Shown here: piece by piece, positions 1 to 8,338 of the stretch
How positions within the stretch are numbered: the first letter of the stretch is position 1
Layout of the letters: the number at the start of each line of letters is the position of its first letter
DNA from: Candidatus Poribacteria bacterium
Lineage (GTDB): Bacteria; Poribacteria; WGA-4E; UBA9662
DNA: 40,797 bases
Assembly: GCA_046582655.1 (NCBI GenBank)
Contig: JAYGDX010000257.1
Location: 1-40,797, forward strand
Direction of reading: 5' to 3'
Program-made: the position numbers and the translations under genes
The notes under the pieces: generated by a model
What the model saw: the letters and a program-made list of their open reading frames with translations, nothing else
The model's database searches: none
What the model was told of the DNA's origin: nothing

Positions 1-1
1 T

Positions 2-67
2 GTCTACTTCTATACACTTCAAGCGGAAACTTTCAGAGCCACCCGTAGGATGGTAATTCTGAAATAG
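2..67 (+). CDS. 3' end of a secreted protein with a T9SS type A / FlgD Ig-like C-terminal sorting domain (partial, starts before the window)
   Basis: The frame from nt 2 reads VYFYTLQAETFRATRRMVILK*. This matches the (SG)VYFYxLxAxxFxATRKMxILK consensus that ends T9SS-type CTDs. Confidence 0.85.
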   Translation, partial: VYFYTLQAETFRATRRMVILK

Positions 68-231
68 TCAGTAGTCACAATTTAAGTTAACTTTGGGATG
101 CTCGGTACAATATGGTTTCGGATTTTATTTTGAAATGGAGGAGATGACGATGTAAAATTGGCAGACGATTTCGCTTTTATTCATGATTGTTTTGCAAAAG
201 AAAATCCATTTGTTTAAATTGGAGGAATTAA

Positions 232-1161
232 ATGAAACACTTACTTTGTTTTACGCTATTGATGTTATCAGGATTGTTTTTTATTGGTTGTGGAGACGAT
301 GAATCTGATCCAGGTTCCGCAGAAGTCGGAGTCGCAGGAGAAGGAGAAGGAGTTGCAGGAGAAGGAGTTGTAGGAGAAGGAGTTGCAGGAGAAGGGATTG
401 CAGAAAAAAAACCGGTGGGGGACCCAGAGGTCAGTAACTTTGCCGTCAGCCTTGATGGGGTGGATTTTGAATCCTATGTGTCTGCCAAAGACCATAAGGT
501 TTTCAATGAAGCTTTAGGCTCCACGTATACTATTGAATGCTGGTATAAGCCTTTCAAAACTGATGGTGAATTGATGGTCGTGAATAAAGAGGATGAATGG
601 GAATTTGCCAACAAGGGAGGGCTCTTCCAATCAGCTGTTGCAGTAAACGGAGAGGCATGGGCTTGGAAAGACAGTGAACTTTCGAATAACAAAGACAAAT
701 GGAACCATGCTGCAATTGTGTGGGACGGCAAAAATTTACACCATTTTATCAATGGTAAAAAGGGGAAATCCCATGAGATGCCGGGTAAATCTGTTATACC
801 AAAAGGGTCGACTTTCAAAATCGGCAGACGTGAGCGCGGGGGTGCAACCCACTCAATCTTTGACGGATTAGTTGATGAAGTCCGTATATCGGATATTGCT
901 CGCTACGATGCTGATTACGACGTACCCAAAACTGCATTTGTTCCTGATGATAACACATTGTATCTTTTACACCTTGATGAAGATGACCTCGATGGTGATA
1001 ACATCAAGAATTTTGGAAAAATGGGACCGGATGCCGTGCTGGAAGGAGCCGTTGAACTTGTCGACGCTGAGCTGCCGAATACAGAACGGCGCGCTCTTGC
1101 AGTTGAACCAGCCAGTAAGCTGGGGACGGTCTGGGGACGCCTTAAGGGAAACCGACTCTGA
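232..1161 (+). CDS. Lipoprotein with a LamG/concanavalin A-like jelly-roll domain and a C-terminal AVEPxxKLxTxWGxLK motif
   Basis: GGAGG RBS at 221-225. Lipobox FFIG-C. LamG motifs YTIECW, WNHAAIVWDG, FINGK and FDGLVDEVRIS. The protein ends LAVEPASKLGTVWGRLKGNRL. Confidence 0.85.
   Translation: MKHLLCFTLLMLSGLFFIGCGDDESDPGSAEVGVAGEGEGVAGEGVVGEGVAGEGIAEKKPVGDPEVSNFAVSLDGVDFESYVSAKDHKVFNEALGSTYTIECWYKPFKTDGELMVVNKEDEWEFANKGGLFQSAVAVNGEAWAWKDSELSNNKDKWNHAAIVWDGKNLHHFINGKKGKSHEMPGKSVIPKGSTFKIGRRERGGATHSIFDGLVDEVRISDIARYDADYDVPKTAFVPDDNTLYLLHLDEDDLDGDNIKNFGKMGPDAVLEGAVELVDAELPNTERRALAVEPASKLGTVWGRLKGNRL
328..403 (+). repeat. In-frame 15-bp tandem repeat (GGAGAAGGAGTTGCA-like, about 5 imperfect copies) encoding a (GEGVA)n linker
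   Basis: The sequence gtcgcaggagaaggagaaggagttgcaggagaaggagttgtaggagaaggagttgcaggagaagggattgca is visible directly. Confidence 0.9.
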
Positions 1162-1201
1162 TAGCAATATAGAATCTTCATGCATTAACCTTAATTTTTT
1201 T

Positions 1202-1238
1202 GAGAGGGCGAGGCTGGAAATGCTCGCCCTTTCTTTTT
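1202..1238 (+). terminator. Rho-independent terminator
   Basis: Stem AGGGCGAG / CTCGCCCT followed by TTCTTTTT, about 40 nt after the LamG gene stop. Confidence 0.8.
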
Positions 1239-1289
1239 GCTGATTTGGTGCTGGTGACCTTGTAATTGATCGGCGTGGGCTGTTAAGAT

Positions 1290-1655
1290 GCTTGGATTTG
1301 GGGAGTTTGGCATTTTTATCAAATAGTGAGATGTTCAAATGGAAGGAACTTGTCCTGCCAACGGTACAAAAAGGAATGCAAACCTACGTACAAGTTCAAA
1401 ATTTCATTAGCAGGACAATCTGAAAAAACTGGTTCTATAGAACTGAGATTTGTATCACCAACAATTTGGTGATGATATCACGGTTTGACGATTCTAATTA
1501 TCACCTGCAATCCAGATAATTATGCGTTACGTCGCACGTGTGAAATGCTTGGCTGCCGATTCCCAGAAGTTGGCGATCTTCCGTCTAGCATGAATATGTA
1601 TCAATATGGTGAAAGACAAAAGTGTGGATATCAACGGGATCTAACAAATTCTTGA
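1290..1655 (+). pseudogene. Decayed GNAT-family N-acetyltransferase
   Basis: From nt 1383 the frame reads PTYKFKISLAGQSEKTGSIELR...**YHGLTILIITCNPDNYALRRTCEMLGCRFPEVGDLPSSMNMYQYGERQKCGYQRDL. This resembles GNATs with ITCNPDNxASRRTCE...MYxxGERQKCRY. There are in-frame stops at 1470-1475, the central segment is missing and there is no intact start. The 5' boundary is approximate. Confidence 0.7.
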
Positions 1656-1714
1656 CCAGACTAGAAAGCTTTTGGCATGTCTGGAACGCTTGTTGAAAGA
1701 ATTACAGGATAAAC

Positions 1715-3082
1715 ATGAAACGACGTGATTTCCTGAGAAACACAGCTTTAGCAGGACTTGGGCTGATGTCCGGCTGTATGCGAGATCAACCCTCTGGTGT
1801 CATCTTCAGGGGATGGCCTTACGAACCGCATCTGGTACAGGAAAATATTGAGTTCTTTACTGACCAAACGAAGATCGATGTTGCGTATCGAAGTGTATCG
1901 GGTAACTATCACGATAAGATGGTAGCCTTGTTTGTCGGCAAAACACCTATGGATTGCTGCTACGTTCGTGATGATGACTTTTCCGAATGGGTTGAAGCTG
2001 GCTGGCTCAGGCCGTGCGACGATTTACCCGGCGTTCAACAGTACTCAGAAGATATTTTTAATTACAACTTAGAAGCTATGACCTACCAGGGTAAACGTTA
2101 TGGTTTACCTTATTACACTGACTTTACTGTCTGGCTGTATAATGCACAGATGCTTGAAGCCGCGGGGTTTGAACAGTCAGCCCGTACCTTGGATGAATTG
2201 ACGGAACAAGCAATTAAAATCAAGGAACAGCGTCTACGTTCGCCTGACGGCGATATTATTGAATACCCGATAGTTCTTGGATTTCGACAAGCGCCTGGTA
2301 TGGGCTTTAGCGACTGGTGGGCGCTGAATTATGCTTCGGAAGTAGATTTGTTTGATAATGATCTAACACCTATCTTCCCTGACGACAAAGATCAACGTGC
2401 TGAAAGAATTCTTCAGTGGATTGTAGACGGCATTCATAAACACCGGATTATCGATATTAATTCACTGACTATGGGGCTGATTCGGGAAAATACCGCTGCT
2501 GGACGACAGGCATTTTGCTTAATTAGCAAATATGATGTTGAGTGGGTGAACAACCGCCAGAATAGTGCCGTAACTGATGCATATTTAAAGGCAAGAAATA
2601 TTCCATCCAAGGAGACAACCCATGCCAAGACACTCAAAATGGCTCCAATACCAAGCTTGGAACACGGTCAAGAGGGAACACTGGGTTGGACTCGAATGTA
2701 TTGCCTGACAGCGCATTGCAACGCTGATCGATTATTAGATGCGTGGCAGTTGATGCAATTTCTTGGCGGTAAAGATGCAACTGGAGACTACTTTACATCC
2801 CGTCGGTGGTTTCGTCTAAGGGGATTAGGCTTTGCCTACAAGTCCCTGATGGATGACCCCGAAATTATTGCTCAAACGGAGCAGTGGGGTGATATTGAAA
2901 TCATCAAGAAACTTTCGCAAGTAGCACGTGCGCGTGAGAATATCAAAGCTCCGTGGTTTCCGGATTTCAACGTCTACTATCAACCGGAAATCCAGAAAAT
3001 CCTTCTTCGTCAACAATCTCCACGTGATGGATTGGCCCGAATTGCAAAACGGTGTCGAGCTTTCAAGCAGGAGTGGACATAA
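1715..3082 (+). CDS. Carbohydrate ABC transporter substrate-binding lipoprotein (Tat signal)
   Basis: MKRRDFL twin-arginine motif plus lipobox LMSG-C. CUT1 binding-protein motif YQGKRYGLPYY...LYNAQMLEAAG. First gene of the ABC cluster. Confidence 0.9.
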   Translation: MKRRDFLRNTALAGLGLMSGCMRDQPSGVIFRGWPYEPHLVQENIEFFTDQTKIDVAYRSVSGNYHDKMVALFVGKTPMDCCYVRDDDFSEWVEAGWLRPCDDLPGVQQYSEDIFNYNLEAMTYQGKRYGLPYYTDFTVWLYNAQMLEAAGFEQSARTLDELTEQAIKIKEQRLRSPDGDIIEYPIVLGFRQAPGMGFSDWWALNYASEVDLFDNDLTPIFPDDKDQRAERILQWIVDGIHKHRIIDINSLTMGLIRENTAAGRQAFCLISKYDVEWVNNRQNSAVTDAYLKARNIPSKETTHAKTLKMAPIPSLEHGQEGTLGWTRMYCLTAHCNADRLLDAWQLMQFLGGKDATGDYFTSRRWFRLRGLGFAYKSLMDDPEIIAQTEQWGDIEIIKKLSQVARARENIKAPWFPDFNVYYQPEIQKILLRQQSPRDGLARIAKRCRAFKQEWT

Positions 3083-3136
3083 CTGATGATGGATTTAAAA
3101 ATTAGATAGTAACAGACAATTCGGAATAGATCTTAA

Positions 3137-4090
3137 ATGGCAGAACTAGATAATGGCAAATCATTCAAAAAAAGGCGCTTAGCAGTCAAAGAGCGAAGTG
3201 ACCTGGTTTTTGCTTATCTGATTAATATGCCAGCCATTTTGCTGATCCTGCTATTAATCGGGTATCCGATTGGCGTCTCGTTTTGGACCAGCCTGCATCG
3301 CTATAACCTACGGCGACCTGGACAGTTTGAATTCGTTGGTCTGGGAAACTATCTTGATATACTAACCAGCTACGATTTCTGGCACTCGATCGGAGTCTCA
3401 CTGTATTTCACCGGCCTGTCGGTTCCACTGATAATTTTGGTGGCATTAGGAATTGCATTGCTGTTTAATCAGGAGTTTGTTGGACGCGGGATAGTGCGTT
3501 CAATGCTATTGGTTCCATGGGCAATACCGGGAGTAGTCAATGGTTTGATGTGGGTCGGCCTTCTTGGTAAATACGGAGCCTTTGATGAAATAATGCGGGA
3601 TTGCGTTGATCTAGCGAACAGGTTGACAGGCTTGGAAATCAATTACCTAGGAATGGCATCACCAGTTATTGCCCTTAATGCAGCCATTGCCGCTCATGTG
3701 TGGCAGAACGTTCCATTTGCCTGCATTATCTTTCTGGCTGCACTGCAAGCAATACCATCGGAACAATACCGAGCAGCGAAAGTAGATGGTGCCAATGCGT
3801 GGAATCGTTTCTTTCACATCACATTGCCATGGTTACTGCACCCTATTATGATTGTCGCCATTCTCGGAACCATGAACGGGTTTCGTACGTTTGACCTTAT
3901 TTTCACACTAACTGGTGGAGGTCCTGGTGATGCCACTTATGTCATAGCCTGGCAAACTTACAAGGAAGCCTTCGGCCGTCTCAACTTTGGCGGTGCCAAT
4001 GCTTATTCTTACCTGATTATGTTTATCACCATGAGTTTATCGATTATTTATATTCGATTGCTGTATCGTCGTGGCACTGTACAAGGATGA
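3137..4090 (+). CDS. Carbohydrate ABC transporter permease (MalF/UgpA-like)
   Basis: FVGLGNY motif, EAA-like loop QYRAAKVDGANAWNRFFHITLP, and TGGGPG. Confidence 0.93.
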   Translation: MAELDNGKSFKKRRLAVKERSDLVFAYLINMPAILLILLLIGYPIGVSFWTSLHRYNLRRPGQFEFVGLGNYLDILTSYDFWHSIGVSLYFTGLSVPLIILVALGIALLFNQEFVGRGIVRSMLLVPWAIPGVVNGLMWVGLLGKYGAFDEIMRDCVDLANRLTGLEINYLGMASPVIALNAAIAAHVWQNVPFACIIFLAALQAIPSEQYRAAKVDGANAWNRFFHITLPWLLHPIMIVAILGTMNGFRTFDLIFTLTGGGPGDATYVIAWQTYKEAFGRLNFGGANAYSYLIMFITMSLSIIYIRLLYRRGTVQG

Positions 4091-4962
4091 AAACCCAACT
4101 GAAAATGAATAAGGCAATTATCAAACGACTAGCGTTATACTTCCTTGTTGTGCTGGCAACTCTGTATATCATAACTCCCTTTTTATGGGTTGTGCTGGTC
4201 AGTTTTATGCACGAGCGGGAAGTAACCCAGAGGCATTGGATACCACACCAACCCACTCTACAAAGCTATGAAATATACTTTCACGCACACACCAAAAATC
4301 TGGATATCGGAACAGCTACAGCACAACAATTTCCTCGTGCCATCGCCAACAGTCTAGTCATTGCCAGTTCAGTGATGGTCCTTAACCTGTTCTTTGGATC
4401 CTTGGCAGCTTATGCTCTGGCACGAATCAACTTTGCTGGCAAACTGGCCTTGATGCTGTTCTATCTTGGCTCACGAAGTGTACCAGGCATAGCGATTATG
4501 ATTCCCATGTATCTTCTGGTACGTAGCTATGGTCTTTTAGATACACATTTAGCAGTCATTCTTGCACATGTCACTTTCACGCTCCCCTTTACAATCTGGA
4601 TTCTGAAGGGTTATTTTCAGACCGTACCACTTGATTTGGAACGTGCAGCTAGAGTGGATGGTTGTTCTCAGATTGGCGCCTTACTTCGCGTGTTTCTGCC
4701 AGTGACAACACCGGGCATGATCGCCGTGGGAATTTTTTCCTTTATCTCTTCATGGGGTGAGTTTTTCTTTGCTCTGCTATTTACTTCCACCATTTCTTCC
4801 AAGCCAGTGACAGTAGTTGCTTCTGACTTCGCTCAGGAACTACAAGTCGACTTCACCGTTATCGCTGCGGGTGGCGTGCTGGTGGTACTGTTACCGATTA
4901 TTTTAGCCTTTATCTTTCAACGTTTCATCATTCATGGCATTAGTGGAGCAGTAACCGGTTGA
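4087..4962 (+). CDS. Carbohydrate ABC transporter permease (MalG/UgpE-like)
   Basis: EAA loop LERAARVDGCS, AAYALAR, and an ATGA overlap with the upstream permease. Confidence 0.93.
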   Translation: MKTQLKMNKAIIKRLALYFLVVLATLYIITPFLWVVLVSFMHEREVTQRHWIPHQPTLQSYEIYFHAHTKNLDIGTATAQQFPRAIANSLVIASSVMVLNLFFGSLAAYALARINFAGKLALMLFYLGSRSVPGIAIMIPMYLLVRSYGLLDTHLAVILAHVTFTLPFTIWILKGYFQTVPLDLERAARVDGCSQIGALLRVFLPVTTPGMIAVGIFSFISSWGEFFFALLFTSTISSKPVTVVASDFAQELQVDFTVIAAGGVLVVLLPIILAFIFQRFIIHGISGAVTG

Positions 4963-5056
4963 CGCATTGCAATCTGAAGGAGAATTCAGTTGTTCAAAAA
5001 AATAACATCGGATCCATTCAACAATTTTCTGATTTTCAGTTAGAAGAGTAAACCTT

Positions 5057-6160
5057 ATGGCTAAAGTTATCCTGCAAAATTTAACCAAAACCTTTGGTGA
5101 TGTGATAGCAATTGATGATTTGACGTTGGAAATTGCGGATCGGGAATTTCTAACCTTGCTAGGCCCGTCTGGCTGTGGAAAGACAACAACACTCAACATC
5201 GTGGCCGGCCTCGAAACACCAACAAGCGGTCAGGTGTTCTTTGACACTGATGATGTAACCGACGTACCACCAGAACGACGCGATATTGCCATGGTTTTTC
5301 AAACATATGCGCTATATCCTCACATGAAGGTCTATGATAACATTGCTTTTGGATTGCGGATGCGCCGTCTGCCTAAAGACGAGATCGAGCGTCGTGTACA
5401 AGATGGCGCTAAAGCAATGGAAATTGAGCATTTACTGGAGCGTAAACCACGTCAACTCAGCGGTGGCCAACGCCAACGAGTTGCCTTGGCACGGGCAATT
5501 GTACGTGATCCATGTGTATTCTTGCTGGATGAGCCACTCTCAAACTTGGATGCCAAACTGCGTGTGACCATGCGGACGGAACTAAAGAGGCTACACGCCG
5601 AGCTAGAAAAAACGTTTATATACGTCACTCATGATCAAGAAGAATCGCTTATTATGTCTGATCGAATTGCAATTATCGACGAAGGAAAACTACAACAATT
5701 AGGCACTGCAGAGGAAATCTACGATCAGCCCATTAATACGTTTATTGCTGGTTTTGTTGGTAGTCCACCAATGAATTTTTTTCAAGGGCAATTAAATAAC
5801 AAGAACGAAAAATGGCAAATCGAAGGAGCAGGCTTTGTATGTGAACTAGCATCAGAAATAGCTGACCGCTTGTTGTCAAATGCCCCTAGCGAAGTGAGCC
5901 TTGGAATTCGTCCGGAAGATATTGATGTATCCCCAATCAACGCACCGACAGCTTACGCAAAAGTAGTCGTGCGCGAACCACTGGGTAGTGATCTGTTCCT
6001 GACATTAGATCTAAACAGCGTTACCTTTAAATCCCGAACTCGCTCAAGCGTTGGCTTCGATCGTGGTGATTCTATTCCTATCTACTTCAATCCGACTGAA
6101 TTGCATCTGTTTCATCCAACAACAGGCAAAACCTTGCTTAAACCAGCATGCAGCGCTTAG
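5057..6160 (+). CDS. Sugar ABC transporter ATP-binding protein (MalK/UgpC-like)
   Basis: Walker A GPSGCGKTT, signature LSGGQRQRVA, Walker B LLDEPLSNLDAKLR, and a C-terminal TOBE-type GIRPED. Confidence 0.96.
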   Translation: MAKVILQNLTKTFGDVIAIDDLTLEIADREFLTLLGPSGCGKTTTLNIVAGLETPTSGQVFFDTDDVTDVPPERRDIAMVFQTYALYPHMKVYDNIAFGLRMRRLPKDEIERRVQDGAKAMEIEHLLERKPRQLSGGQRQRVALARAIVRDPCVFLLDEPLSNLDAKLRVTMRTELKRLHAELEKTFIYVTHDQEESLIMSDRIAIIDEGKLQQLGTAEEIYDQPINTFIAGFVGSPPMNFFQGQLNNKNEKWQIEGAGFVCELASEIADRLLSNAPSEVSLGIRPEDIDVSPINAPTAYAKVVVREPLGSDLFLTLDLNSVTFKSRTRSSVGFDRGDSIPIYFNPTELHLFHPTTGKTLLKPACSA

Positions 6161-6311
6161 CGTGTACCGCCGTACCAGAATGAGTTCGAGTTCAGCATCC
6201 CTGCGCCTTGTAAAAAAGTCGTATACTTAACCAATATCAATTCATATATTCACTTAGTTTTCTGAGTGACCCACGTGTTGTTGAAAGCAACACCCCTTTT
6301 CCAGTTCACCT

Positions 6312-8246
6312 ATGCCATATTCTTCTCCTAATCGACATCTTACAACTCAGAAAATCACTTGGCGAACCATACTCATTTCACTGTTACTTCTTCCAGTAAT
6401 TTATCGATGGCACATCGAGTGCGAAGCCCTCCGCTACACCTTTCCTACGCTCATGGCACCGTTTTATAGCGTTGTCTTTACAGTTTTACTGATCACTTTG
6501 TTGAATCTTATAATGCGAAGATGGACACCTAAATTTTCATTGAAAGATGGAGAATTGATCTCGCTCTACGTGTTGATGTCGATTACGTTGCTATTTATGT
6601 CGTACGATATGTTTTTGCCTTTGATATCTATTATTGTCCATGCATTCTGGTTTGCATCCTCTGAAAATGAATGGCGTAACCTATTTTGGCATTATCTTCC
6701 AGATTGGCTAACTATTCGTGATCAAGCAGTACTGAGCGCATTCTACTTGGGAGATAAGTCGATATTTGAGCCCCTCTACCTGCTAACATGGCTAGAGCCA
6801 ATATTTTGGTGGTCGGTTTTTACTTTTACGCTTGTTTTCGTCATGCAATGCATTAACGTGATTATTCGAAAACAGTGGATCGAACAAGAAAGGCTAGTTT
6901 ATCCCATTGTGCAATTGCCATATGAAATTACGTGCAACACGACCAATTTCTTGCGGAACAGACCAATGTGGTGGGGCTTTGGATTGGCTGCGTTGATCAG
7001 TCTAACGAATGGACTCCACATCTTCTTCCCATCAATTCCAGAAATCCCGAATAAGCACATTTCCCTTGATCTCCTCTTTGTCCACAAACCATGGTCAGTA
7101 CTTCGTCGGGATAGCTTCGCAATTATTGTTTATCCATTTGCTGTCGGCCTTGGTTTCCTGATGCCGTTAGATCTACTTGTTTCATGCGTTCTCTTTTTCT
7201 TCTTCTACAAATCACAGTATTTGATTGGCAGTATCATCGGACTAGATAGTATGCCAGGTTATCCCTACCAATACGAACAGAATATAGGTGCCTATACAGG
7301 GATATGTGTGCTGGCAATCTGGACAACACGCCCTCAGATTCTATCCGCTTTTCGGCAAGCAATTGGGTACGTCAAAGCAACTGATAGAAGCGAACCCATG
7401 CGGTATCGAACCGCTTTTTCAGGGATTATCTTCGGCGGAATATTTCTAATTCTTTTTGCCGCCAGAGGGGGGATGGACATTTGGATTGCCACTCTATTCT
7501 TTTTAGCACATTTCACTATTGCAATTACACTCACACGTATTCGGGCAGAAATTGGTCTTCCGATCCATTCAACCACCTTCATCGGACCACACCATAGCCT
7601 GGTTAGCTTACTTGGAACAAGAAAAATTGGAGCAAACAACCTAACCTGGTTCTCACTATTTTTCTGGTTTAATCGCGATAATCGAAGCCACCCGATGCCA
7701 CACCAACTCGAAGCCTTTAAATTATCAGAACAGGCACAACTTGATCTAAAGGGAATGTCTCGATCAATGCTCCTACTGATTGTAATTGCGATGCCGTTAT
7801 GCTTTCTAATGCTACTGGATACGTTTTTAAAACTTGGTGTCGATAGCGGAAAAATCGGAGGTCAAATTAACAGCTTTGGTGGACGTGCTTACAATTTTTT
7901 ACACAGCTGGATTACCTCGCCTCATCCAGCAAACGTTTCTCACATCATTGCGATTATGATTGGATTCCTGTTTACTATTTTTCTGGCTGTCGTCCGGAAA
8001 CATCTATTTTGGTGGCCAATTCATCCGCTTGGGTATGGGATATCATTCCACATACATATGTTTTGGGCAGCATTCTTGGTAAGTGGCGTTGCAAAGTGGC
8101 TAATTCTTAAACACGGAGGGATAAGACTTTATATGCGACTGGTGCCATTTTTTATCGGATTGGTACTTGGCGACTTCATGACCGGAAGCTTTTGGAACAT
8201 TTTATCGATAATACTTGATAGACCTACTTATACCTTCTATTACTAA
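6312..8246 (+). CDS. Large polytopic membrane protein, DUF6785/DUF6784 family (putative OPT-like transporter)
   Basis: 644 aa with many TM helices. Family motifs IRKQWIEQERLVYPIVQLP, TRIRAEIG, WWPIHPLGY and PFFIGLVLGD. Confidence 0.75.
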   Translation: MPYSSPNRHLTTQKITWRTILISLLLLPVIYRWHIECEALRYTFPTLMAPFYSVVFTVLLITLLNLIMRRWTPKFSLKDGELISLYVLMSITLLFMSYDMFLPLISIIVHAFWFASSENEWRNLFWHYLPDWLTIRDQAVLSAFYLGDKSIFEPLYLLTWLEPIFWWSVFTFTLVFVMQCINVIIRKQWIEQERLVYPIVQLPYEITCNTTNFLRNRPMWWGFGLAALISLTNGLHIFFPSIPEIPNKHISLDLLFVHKPWSVLRRDSFAIIVYPFAVGLGFLMPLDLLVSCVLFFFFYKSQYLIGSIIGLDSMPGYPYQYEQNIGAYTGICVLAIWTTRPQILSAFRQAIGYVKATDRSEPMRYRTAFSGIIFGGIFLILFAARGGMDIWIATLFFLAHFTIAITLTRIRAEIGLPIHSTTFIGPHHSLVSLLGTRKIGANNLTWFSLFFWFNRDNRSHPMPHQLEAFKLSEQAQLDLKGMSRSMLLLIVIAMPLCFLMLLDTFLKLGVDSGKIGGQINSFGGRAYNFLHSWITSPHPANVSHIIAIMIGFLFTIFLAVVRKHLFWWPIHPLGYGISFHIHMFWAAFLVSGVAKWLILKHGGIRLYMRLVPFFIGLVLGDFMTGSFWNILSIILDRPTYTFYY

Positions 8247-8268
8247 TCCTGCAAGATTGTCCAATTCA

Positions 8269-8338
8269 TTCTTGAAGATACCATAGTTAAGTGCTGAAGA
8301 TACTATAGTTGGGTGCTGAAGATACTATAGTTGGGTGC
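8269..8338. repeat. 22-bp tandem repeat at the guaB 3' end (2 perfect copies plus 1 degenerate copy)
   Basis: GTGCTGAAGATACTATAGTTGG at 8291-8312 and 8313-8334. TTCTTGAAGATACCATAGTTAA at 8269-8290 is a 16/22 match. Confidence 0.92.

Noticed and set aside
1346..1468. Alternative inverted repeats (GAACTTGT/ACAAGTTC, TTGTCCTGC/GCAGGACAA, GTTCTATAGAAC) as a riboswitch for the ABC operon
   Set aside because: They lie inside the GNAT pseudogene remnant, are short, and match no aptamer I recognise.
8269..8338. CRISPR array
   Set aside because: The repeats are contiguous with no spacers, overlap guaB, and no cas genes are present.
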